A DNA stretch of 32,000 bases, taken from the NCBI RefSeq assembly GCF_000025925.1, contig NC_014033.1:3150001-3182000 (forward strand), in the 5' to 3' direction. Shown in pieces: positions 8,381 through 15,859 of this stretch (positions are counted from its first letter, which is position 1; each line of letters begins with the position of its first letter). Made by a program: the position numbers and the translations under genes. The stretch comes from Xylanibacter ruminicola 23. Lineage in GTDB: Bacteria > Bacteroidota > Bacteroidia > Bacteroidales > Bacteroidaceae. The notes below the pieces were generated by a model that saw only the letters and a program-made list of their open reading frames with translations, was not told the origin of the DNA and made no database searches.

Positions 8381-8498
8381 GAGAGATGGCATGAGAGATG
8401 AGGGAGAGATGAGGGAGGGATAAAAGCCATCTCTCATCGCCCGAATCACCAGTGTTTATGCGGGTTTTGAGAGATTTGTTGAGAGATGAGAGATTTTT
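8381..8498. repeat. Right arm of ~118-bp imperfect inverted repeat (partner 6872..6990)
   Basis: See the left arm. This arm starts 10 nt after the VapE-like stop codon (8369-8371) and ends 22 nt before the next ORF. Confidence 0.9.
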
Positions 8499-8519
8499 TG
8501 ATTAATAACTAAAAAAAAT

Positions 8520-8969
8520 ATGAATATGGAAGAGAAAGAACTGAAAGTAGAAAACATCCCTGGGAGCTATGCCCTGTGTTTTAATGGCGAGTGTGGTAAA
8601 AAAGATACGTGCATGCACTATCAGGCCATGCTGCTAAAGCGAGGGGAACGTGGTCGTGGCATGGCCATATATCCTACAGCCTGGCAGGATGGCGAGTGCT
8701 GCTACTATCGTGAGAAGAAACTGGTACGGAAGGCCTGGGGATTCAGTCAGCTGTACAAGAACGTGGACAAGTATCATAAGGCCGAGGCGCGCCAGAGTGT
8801 AAGCTCATTCTTTGGGCGTGGTAACGGACCCTATTATCGCGCCCATCATGGCGAGCTACTGCTCACACCCGAGCAGCAGGAGGGCATTATGAACATCATT
8901 GCCCAGTTTGGTCCCATCGACGATATTAAATTCGATCACTACAAAACCGATTGGGACTTTGATTACTAA
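8520..8969 (+). CDS. Small Cys-rich hypothetical protein (possible zinc-binding)
   Basis: 149 aa with no signal peptide. Cys/His cluster CFNGECGKKDTCMHY ... GECCYY. No own TAnnTTTG box was seen, so it is probably co-transcribed with the VapE-like gene through the right repeat arm. An alternative start at 8526 is possible. I cannot assign a family. Confidence 0.55.
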   Translation: MNMEEKELKVENIPGSYALCFNGECGKKDTCMHYQAMLLKRGERGRGMAIYPTAWQDGECCYYREKKLVRKAWGFSQLYKNVDKYHKAEARQSVSSFFGRGNGPYYRAHHGELLLTPEQQEGIMNIIAQFGPIDDIKFDHYKTDWDFDY

Positions 8970-8975
8970 TAACAA

Positions 8976-9015
8976 CAACAAAGGCTTGCTCGGGAATTCC
9001 TATGCAAGCCTTTGT
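8976..9015. terminator. Bidirectional terminator hairpin between convergent genes
   Basis: 13-bp perfect stem aacaaaggcttgc / gcaagcctttgtt with a 14-nt loop containing ggaattcc. It has T-rich sequence downstream and A-rich sequence upstream, so it could serve both the 8520 ORF (+) and GH51 (-). Confidence 0.7.
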
Positions 9016-9035
9016 TTGTTTATGTTTAGCTGATG

Positions 9036-11051
9036 TTACAGCTGGTACTGCAGCATAACCATTGAGTAGGGGGCCAGGTCGAGGGTGAACTTCTTCTGGG
9101 CCTTGATCTGCTCTTTCTTGGGAGCGATGGGCTGGGCGTCGAAGTTGTTCTCGTCGTTAGGCTGACCTGCGAGGGTGGTCTTGGTGGCCAGCTTCTTGAT
9201 GCCAAAGCGGCTCAGGTTGATGTTGGCCTTCTTGGCATCGGCACTGGCGTTAACCAGTTTCACGAACAGCTGGCGGGTCTTGGTGTTGAGAATCACGCTC
9301 TGACCGTAGTGCACACCCTCCATAGGCTGGATGGCATCGGCAGCATCGCCCTCAAACTTCACGCAGTCGCCATAGTAGTAGTTACCGCTCGACTGTCCGA
9401 ACAGCTGCTGAACATAGTAGCTGCAGGTGAGGAATGGGCGCTCGTTGTCGTAGTAGATGAGGTCGGGATTCCACTGGGTGCCGTTCTTGCGGGCAAACAG
9501 GGGAGCGTAAGATGTCATGGCTACTACATCACCATTGCGCTCTACGTGCAACAGATACAGACCTTCGGCCAGGGCGTCGATGAGTTTCTTGTCCTTAGCG
9601 GCATACTCGCCCAGATAGACCTTGGTCTTGCGGTCGCGGGGATAGCTGTCGTACTGGCGCTTGTTCAGGAAGTAGGTGTTGGGCTCGTAGTAGTGCTCGT
9701 CGAGGATAGGCATATTGAGTTCCTCGGCCAGCTTCCAACCGTTCTGGTAGTCGCCGTTATCGGCATGCGAGCCAGGACCGGCTGTACCAACAATCACGAT
9801 TTCAGGATGAGCCTTGGTAACACGCTCGTAGATATACTTGAAGCGCTCGCAGAACTCGGGCGAGATGCGCTCTTCGTTGCCAATACCAAGATATTTGAGG
9901 TTGAAGGGCTTGGGATGACCTGCCTCGGCACGCATCTTGGCCCACTTGTTGGTGGCGGGATCGCCATTGGCCCACTCAATCAGGTCGATGCACTCGTCAA
10001 CCCACTCGTCCATCTCGCTCATGGGAACTACGTCCTGAGCCTGGCCTTTCATGCCCCAACCACCGTTGGCGCCCTGACAGCTGACGCCGGCAGGCAGGAT
10101 GGGCAGGGGCTCCATACCCAGATCCTCGCAGAACTGGAAGTACTCGAAATAGCCCAGACCTACACTCTGGTGATAACCCCAGGTGTTCTTGAGTTGGCGG
10201 CGTGTTTCCTTAGGTCCGATAGTGGTCTTCCAGCGATAGGTGTTCCAGAATCCGTCGCCACCACCGTGAACCACGCAACCACCAGGGAAGCGCATGAACT
10301 TAGGATGCAGGTCGGCCAGTGCCTGAGCCAGATCCTTACGCAGGCCGTGGCCCTTATATGTATCTTCGGGCATAAGTGATACCACATCGATATCCATATC
10401 ACCCTTGGTAAGTACCAGAATCTGCAGGGCAGCCTGCTTGCAGTCGGCATTAGGTGTGAGCACAGCCTCGAACTTCTTCCAATCGCCGTTGCTTACGTCG
10501 AAGGTTGTTTCGGCCAGCAGTTTGGGATCCTTAGGTGGCCAGCCCTTTACAGGCTCAATCAGCACCACGCGTACCTGCTTGGCATCGCCTTTTACGTTGC
10601 GCATAAAGGCCGAGAAATCGTACTTCTCGCCAGCCTTAACTGAGATGCCGTCGAAACCGTCGTTCTGAATGCCGAAGCCAGTCCAACCTGTGTAGTCGTA
10701 ATACTGGTTGGCGCGCTCGCAGTGCAGGCGCATATAGGTGGCGTTGTTGGCATGAACGGGGTTGTCCATGCGGGGCTGGATATAGCCGGTGGAGTGACCA
10801 GGACGGGTGATGCGCCAGGCGGTGCCGGGGCCCCATCCGTCGCGCTCAACGGGTGAGAACTCGAAGGCGCCGTTCTGAATAAGCTCGGCATAGAGTCCGC
10901 CATCGGCAGAGTTGTTAATGTCTTCAAAGAAGATACCAATGAGCTCGTTGCTGATGGCTTTGCCGCCAGCAGGGGCTTTCACTGGTTTCTGGGCGTTAAG
11001 ACCCATGGTGGCTGCTGCAAGGGCAGCACAGAGAATTGAACGTTTGTACAT
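9036..11051 (-). CDS. Alpha-L-arabinofuranosidase, glycoside hydrolase family 51, with N-terminal CBM-like domain
   Basis: 671 aa with signal peptide MYKRSILCAALAAATMGLNAQ. N-terminal IGIFFEDINNSADGGLYAELIQNGAFEF and catalytic-core YLGIGNEE are as I remember for GH51 enzymes. Confidence 0.85.
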   Translation of the reverse strand: MYKRSILCAALAAATMGLNAQKPVKAPAGGKAISNELIGIFFEDINNSADGGLYAELIQNGAFEFSPVERDGWGPGTAWRITRPGHSTGYIQPRMDNPVHANNATYMRLHCERANQYYDYTGWTGFGIQNDGFDGISVKAGEKYDFSAFMRNVKGDAKQVRVVLIEPVKGWPPKDPKLLAETTFDVSNGDWKKFEAVLTPNADCKQAALQILVLTKGDMDIDVVSLMPEDTYKGHGLRKDLAQALADLHPKFMRFPGGCVVHGGGDGFWNTYRWKTTIGPKETRRQLKNTWGYHQSVGLGYFEYFQFCEDLGMEPLPILPAGVSCQGANGGWGMKGQAQDVVPMSEMDEWVDECIDLIEWANGDPATNKWAKMRAEAGHPKPFNLKYLGIGNEERISPEFCERFKYIYERVTKAHPEIVIVGTAGPGSHADNGDYQNGWKLAEELNMPILDEHYYEPNTYFLNKRQYDSYPRDRKTKVYLGEYAAKDKKLIDALAEGLYLLHVERNGDVVAMTSYAPLFARKNGTQWNPDLIYYDNERPFLTCSYYVQQLFGQSSGNYYYGDCVKFEGDAADAIQPMEGVHYGQSVILNTKTRQLFVKLVNASADAKKANINLSRFGIKKLATKTTLAGQPNDENNFDAQPIAPKKEQIKAQKKFTLDLAPYSMVMLQYQL

Positions 11052-11062
11052 AGTTGATAATA

Positions 11063-13474
11063 TTATTGATTGTTACTAATTAGTCTCACTTCGTAAATCT
11101 CGCCAACCTGCTTGTGGGGCTTGGCCACGAATTTGATGCGCACCTGCTTTTTGCCCTTGAGCAGCTGGGCTGGGATAGGATACTCCTCGAACTTGAACTG
11201 TGAGGTGCGATACTTGCCGACGAGGTTGACGGTGGTTACCAGCGTGTCATCTACAAAGATATCGAACTCAGGGTTCTTCCAATCGCCTACACCCCAGTAT
11301 TTCAGGCGCAGACTCAGGTCGGTCTTGCCGCCTGTCTGCATCAGGTAGCTGAAATAGTGACCATCGCGGGCATCGCGGAAGAATACATCGTTGGTGTTGC
11401 CCACGGTCGATTGGTCAGTCTCCATAAAGTGGTCGCTCTCAGGCTGTTGCTCGCCTGGCTGCACCTTGTCGGTGGTGCGGGCCTCGAGTGCCTGGCGCTC
11501 CTGCTCCTGCTTGGCCAGATTGGCCAGATAGTCCTTGTAGCTATCCTCAGAGAGCGCCAACCAGTACATCATGTAACGGGCATCGTGCAGCTCGAAGAAA
11601 GGCATCAGCTCGCCCTCAATCTTATTTACCATCTTGGTGCTGAGGTTGAAGTGCAGGGGCTTGCCTGCTATGGGTTGCAGCTGGTTGGCAATGCTCTCCA
11701 CATCCTTATTAACCAGGATAGGGGCCTGGTCGATAGGCAGCTTTTTGCCTGTGGCCAACTGGCCGAATCGGCTGTCGTCGGCTATCAGGTGTGCCAAATC
11801 CTCAGTACCCGTCTTCATAGCCAGCATGATAGGGCCGTGCATCAGGGCAATATACTGTGGCAGGTTGGGCAGATACTTCACGCTGTTGTACATGGGGAAT
11901 TGGATATCAATCACATCGCCCTTTTTCCACTGGCGATTGATGGCTACATAGCTTGATGGACCAGTGACGATGCTCACAGGCTTGCCATTCACCTTAACGC
12001 TGAACTGGCCTGGCTTTACCCAGCCGGGGTAGCGCACCATGATGGGTGTTGGCTGTTTGGTGTTGGATGATTGCGTGATGGTGATACGGCTGTTCTCGCT
12101 ATAAGGGAAACTGGTTTCCTGGCGCAGGGTGATGCCTTTGGCTTTCCAGTTAAGCTCTGAGGCCACAAACAGGTTCACAAACAGGGCATCGCCGCTGTGA
12201 GTATAGATAAACTGGTTGTACTTGCCATGATTCTCCATGCCTGTGCCCACGCAGCACCACATGGCCTCGTTGGGAGCCGAATAGTTGCGGTAGTGGCGCG
12301 GACGGGCTGAAGTGAAATATACGTAGCCGCCATGCTCAGGGTGCTGGGTTGAGAGTATATGATTGAAGGTAGCCAGCTCGAAGAAATCGGCATAGCGGGC
12401 TTCGGGGTTGCGACGATGCAGATCCTCGGTGAGCTTCAGCATATTGTTGGTGTTACAGCTCTCAGGACCGTCGATATCCTGCACAAAGTCCTGACAAGCC
12501 TCGCGACTGGGGAAGTGCTCACGACGACTGTTGCCGCCAAAGGCCAGTGTGCGCTCGCCTGTTACGATATCCCAGAAGTAGGCACCTGCAGTGTGGTAAG
12601 CCTCGTCGCCACTCAGCTCGGCTATACGCTCAAAACCTATCACCTTGGGCACCTGGGTGTTGGCATGCATGTTGTCGAGCACGTCGCGGCGCTGCATCAG
12701 CGGGTTCAGCAGGCGGCGATGCGAGAATCGACGGGCCACATCCAGATATTTCTGCTCGCCAGTGATGGCGTAGGCATCGGCCAGCACCTCGTTCATGCCA
12801 CCATGCTCGGTATCCAGCGCGCGCTCCATCTGAGCATCGGTGAGATTGGCTGTCAGGTCGATGGCCCAGTCGCAGAAGCCCAGAAAGAGCTTCTTGGCCT
12901 GCTCGTTGCCACAGTAAACCCACGCGTCGCGCAGGCCGGCATACATCTTGTGTATATTATAGAAAGGAACCCACGCGCCAAAGTAGGGGCCGAAGTTACC
13001 TTTCTTAAAGTTGCTCCAGATACGGTCGCTGCCGGGCACACCGCCCACATAGCCACGGCCCCAGTCGGGGTGGTTCTTGGCATTGGCATCGGCACAGGCC
13101 TGCAGCTCGCTAATCCAGTATTCCATGCGCTTGCGGCACTCTTGGCTGCCAGTAGCAGCATTGATGGCCATCGCAGTCAGATAGTGGCCGCCCACGTGTC
13201 CGTCCAATCCGTCCCAGTTAGGGTACGACTTGCCTTTCGGTGTTAGTCCGGCCTCTTTCAGATAAGGCGCCAGCAGGCGGTCGTTGTCGTACTTCAGCAG
13301 CGTCTCGATGTTCAAGTCGCGCGCATGCTTCAGCGGACCGTTTAGCAGGGTTACATCCCCTAAGGGAAACTCGTTGGCATACAGCCTGTCTTGGGCTTGA
13401 CTACTGCCAGCTGCCAATGTCAGCAGCACGGATAGTAGCAGGCCTCGTGAATGGTTGTTAAATAGGTACATCAT
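11063..13474 (-). CDS. Glycoside hydrolase family 127 (DUF1680; beta-L-arabinofuranosidase-like)
   Basis: 803 aa with a signal peptide. The N-terminal region has the GDVTLLNGPLKHARD...DRLLAPYLKEAGL pattern, and WCCVGTGMENH is the Cys-rich metal/catalytic motif typical of HypBA1-type GH127. It lies 11 nt upstream of GH51. Confidence 0.85.
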   Translation of the reverse strand: MMYLFNNHSRGLLLSVLLTLAAGSSQAQDRLYANEFPLGDVTLLNGPLKHARDLNIETLLKYDNDRLLAPYLKEAGLTPKGKSYPNWDGLDGHVGGHYLTAMAINAATGSQECRKRMEYWISELQACADANAKNHPDWGRGYVGGVPGSDRIWSNFKKGNFGPYFGAWVPFYNIHKMYAGLRDAWVYCGNEQAKKLFLGFCDWAIDLTANLTDAQMERALDTEHGGMNEVLADAYAITGEQKYLDVARRFSHRRLLNPLMQRRDVLDNMHANTQVPKVIGFERIAELSGDEAYHTAGAYFWDIVTGERTLAFGGNSRREHFPSREACQDFVQDIDGPESCNTNNMLKLTEDLHRRNPEARYADFFELATFNHILSTQHPEHGGYVYFTSARPRHYRNYSAPNEAMWCCVGTGMENHGKYNQFIYTHSGDALFVNLFVASELNWKAKGITLRQETSFPYSENSRITITQSSNTKQPTPIMVRYPGWVKPGQFSVKVNGKPVSIVTGPSSYVAINRQWKKGDVIDIQFPMYNSVKYLPNLPQYIALMHGPIMLAMKTGTEDLAHLIADDSRFGQLATGKKLPIDQAPILVNKDVESIANQLQPIAGKPLHFNLSTKMVNKIEGELMPFFELHDARYMMYWLALSEDSYKDYLANLAKQEQERQALEARTTDKVQPGEQQPESDHFMETDQSTVGNTNDVFFRDARDGHYFSYLMQTGGKTDLSLRLKYWGVGDWKNPEFDIFVDDTLVTTVNLVGKYRTSQFKFEEYPIPAQLLKGKKQVRIKFVAKPHKQVGEIYEVRLISNNQ

Positions 13475-13486
13475 TTGTTATAGTTG

Positions 13487-14371
13487 TTATTGATTGTTCT
13501 TGATGATCTGGTGCACATCGTCGATGCTGTGGGCAAAGGGGCCTGTGTGTTCCAGCTTCAGCGTGCACATGGCGGCTGCAAACTGACCGCTTTCTATATA
13601 GCTCATCCCCCTGGCACGGGCATACAGATAGCCAGCGCTGTAGGTGTCGCCGCAACCTGTGGCATCAACTAACTTGGTTGGTGGGTAGGCAGGAGTTTCG
13701 TAGAACTTGCCCTCGGTATAGATCACCGATCCGCCACCACCTAAGGTGATAATCACTTCGCGTACACCCCAGTCGTAAATCTGTTGGGCGGCCTCGTAAG
13801 GGTCGGTCATGTTCGTCAGCGTCTGGCACTCCCACTCGTTTACCTTCAGGATAGCTGTGTGCTTCAGCAGTCGCAGCTTGTCGGTCCACTCGCAGGCGCG
13901 CACCTCCTCGCCAACCACCTCGCGCAGATAGCCCTGCACATCGATGCTCACATCGCCCTTGGTGGCCAGATATTCTACTATTTCGGGTGCAAAGTCGTCG
14001 GCCAGCAGTGTGCCTAAATGGAACACGCGGGCCTGCTCGTCGTTCAGTTCGTTAAGTGTGAATGGAGCCGACTTGGCCAGTACCCGCTGTGTGCGGTTGT
14101 CCATGTTGGCACCATACTTATTCTCGAAAAACACGTTGGTATCGCTCTCAAAGGCCGTTACCCGCACGCCAGCCTGGCGCAGTTTCTCAACTTCGGGCAT
14201 CACCTCGCTGCTAACCGAGGTGATAAGGTGGAAATTAACGTCATGGGGCAGTGCCTGGATGGCCCACGCCATATAGTAGGCCGAACCGCCTGCGCAGTGC
14301 GTGGTTACGGGCGGAACCTGAGTGATGATCCTGTCACGAGTGATATGTCCAATACAGCAAATATCTGTCAT
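13487..14371 (-). CDS. PfkB-family carbohydrate kinase (ribokinase-like fold)
   Basis: 294 aa. It has the C-terminal PfkB signature DATGCGDTYSAGYLYA and N-terminal CIGHITRD...AGGSAYY. It is the first gene of the kinase-GH127-GH51 operon, with a 12-nt gap to GH127. Confidence 0.8.
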   Translation of the reverse strand: MTDICCIGHITRDRIITQVPPVTTHCAGGSAYYMAWAIQALPHDVNFHLITSVSSEVMPEVEKLRQAGVRVTAFESDTNVFFENKYGANMDNRTQRVLAKSAPFTLNELNDEQARVFHLGTLLADDFAPEIVEYLATKGDVSIDVQGYLREVVGEEVRACEWTDKLRLLKHTAILKVNEWECQTLTNMTDPYEAAQQIYDWGVREVIITLGGGGSVIYTEGKFYETPAYPPTKLVDATGCGDTYSAGYLYARARGMSYIESGQFAAAMCTLKLEHTGPFAHSIDDVHQIIKNNQ

Positions 14372-14411
14372 TTTGTCGACTTTTGATTGAATATTATCTT
14401 TATTTCGGTTG

Positions 14412-14419
14412 CAAAGATA
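14412..14419 (-). promoter_or_regulatory. -7 box (TATCTTTG on minus strand) for the PfkB-GH127-GH51 operon
   Basis: Plus-strand caaagata is the reverse complement of TATCTTTG. It lies 41 nt upstream of the start at 14371. Confidence 0.5.
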
Positions 14420-14460
14420 ACATTTTTTTCTAAATATTTTGTTTTATTCGAGAAATATAC

Positions 14461-14468
14461 TATCTTTG
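14461..14468 (+). promoter_or_regulatory. -7 box (TATCTTTG) for GH28-SusC-SusD
   Basis: Exact consensus 33 nt upstream of ATG 14501. It is the mirror image of the minus-strand box. Confidence 0.5.
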
Positions 14469-14500
14469 CAACGAATTATTCGTTACTACTAAGATAATTA

Positions 14501-15823
14501 ATGGCGAAAAAAACATTATTGCAGTTAATTCTGCTTTGGATGATAGTGATGTCGGCAGCGGCACAATCGGTTTACGATGTGACGGCAGCTGGCGCTATTG
14601 GTAACGGTATCGTAGATGATGCCCAGGCCATTCAGCGTGCTATCGACCGTTGTTCGGCTGAGGGTGGCGGCCGCGTGCTGTTGCCTCGTAATCATACCTT
14701 CATGGCTGGTCCTATCCAGCTTAAGAGCAATGTTGAGCTTTATCTGGAAGCTACTGCCATCCTGAAGGCTAACCCCGATGAGAGTATCTATAAGCTGAGT
14801 GCTTTTGGACAGAACCGTGGCGAGGGTATGCTGTGGCTCTGGGCCGAGCATGCTGAGAACATCAGTATCTGTGGTAAGGGCACCATTCATGGTAATGGTA
14901 TCGCTTTTATGGGTGCTGAGCTGAGCGACAGCTACGAGCTGAAGCCATTGAAGGATCAGACTTTCGACCCACGTCCACATGTACTCACACTTACCGATGT
15001 AAAGAATCTCACCATTCGCGATGTAACCATCAAGGAGGGTGCCTACTGGACGGTGCACCTGATTGGTTGCGATGAGGCTGTGATTGATGGCATCAATCTG
15101 CTGAACAATCTGAAGATTCGCAATGGCGATGGTATCGATATCGACCATTCAAAACACGTGCGTATCGCTAACTGCCATATCACCAGTGGTGATGACTGCA
15201 TCTGTTTAAAGAACCGTCGTGAGTTCGAGCAGTATGGCTCGTGCCACGATATTACTGTTACCAACTGTGTGATGTCGAGCCGCTCGTGCGCCATCAAGAT
15301 TGGTAGCGAGAATATGGACTCTATCTATAACGTGGTGTTTGATAACTGCATCATCACAGGTTCGAACCGTGGTTTGGGCATCCAGAATCGCGACGAGGGA
15401 ACCGTTACCGATGTGGTATTCTCGAACATCCAGTTGGACTGTCGCCTGTGGAGCGATGTGTGGTGGGGTAAGGCCGAGCCTATCTACGTTACCAGCTATC
15501 CACGTGCCAACGGCAATCATAAGGATGCCAACTGGCGATTCCCCAAGGGGCAGATTGAGGGTCGTTGCGGCGAGGTGAGTCGTATCTATTTTAACAACAT
15601 TACCAGCACCAGCGAGAACGGCTGCTTTGTAGGTGGCGACGTGCCTGGCAAAGTGCGCGACATCTATTTTAATAATGTACGCGTACGACTTCAGGGCGAA
15701 GGTTCGCGTAGTATGGATAAGAGGCCTTGCAAGGGCGAGGGCTTTATCAAGGCTGACCTGAAAGCTATGCAGGCCATGCAGGTACCCCTGATAACCGAAA
15801 ACGCTACAGTAGAAATAAGATAA
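14501..15823 (+). CDS. Glycoside hydrolase family 28 (polygalacturonase/rhamnogalacturonase-like)
   Basis: 440 aa with a signal peptide. GH28 beta-helix motifs are present: NGDGIDIDH, SGDDCICLK and SCAIKIGSE. Confidence 0.85.
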   Translation: MAKKTLLQLILLWMIVMSAAAQSVYDVTAAGAIGNGIVDDAQAIQRAIDRCSAEGGGRVLLPRNHTFMAGPIQLKSNVELYLEATAILKANPDESIYKLSAFGQNRGEGMLWLWAEHAENISICGKGTIHGNGIAFMGAELSDSYELKPLKDQTFDPRPHVLTLTDVKNLTIRDVTIKEGAYWTVHLIGCDEAVIDGINLLNNLKIRNGDGIDIDHSKHVRIANCHITSGDDCICLKNRREFEQYGSCHDITVTNCVMSSRSCAIKIGSENMDSIYNVVFDNCIITGSNRGLGIQNRDEGTVTDVVFSNIQLDCRLWSDVWWGKAEPIYVTSYPRANGNHKDANWRFPKGQIEGRCGEVSRIYFNNITSTSENGCFVGGDVPGKVRDIYFNNVRVRLQGEGSRSMDKRPCKGEGFIKADLKAMQAMQVPLITENATVEIR

Positions 15824-15859
15824 AACTTTTAATATTCTTTTTATACTAACTTTTAATTA

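Larger units (their letters stand above)
6698..8990. mobile_element. Putative ~2.3 kb inserted module (iterons + inverted repeats + VapE-like gene + small Cys-rich gene) with no recombinase
   Basis: The segment is bounded by two hairpins that share the stem sequence (a)aaggcttgc/gcaagccttt and a preceding caacaa..caaaggcttgctc direct repeat (6677-6697 and 8972-8990). Its content is unrelated to the flanking metabolic genes. Its non-coding parts are AT-rich. The boundaries are inferred only. Confidence 0.25.

Noticed and set aside
9309-10379. Long antisense ORFs opposite real genes: 9309..10379 (+), 12359..13246 (+), 11357..11956 (+), 20685..21608 (-), 21723..22778 (-), 847..1410 (-), 3128..3718 (-), 14525..15148 (-), 17867..18520 (-), 19818..20471 (-) and 28676..29185 (+).
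   Set aside because: Each lies fully inside a gene on the other strand that has clear family motifs and sensible signal peptides. Their translations are low-complexity (rich in L, V, G, H, Q and R) with no recognisable motifs. These are typical shadow ORFs of G+C-rich coding DNA.
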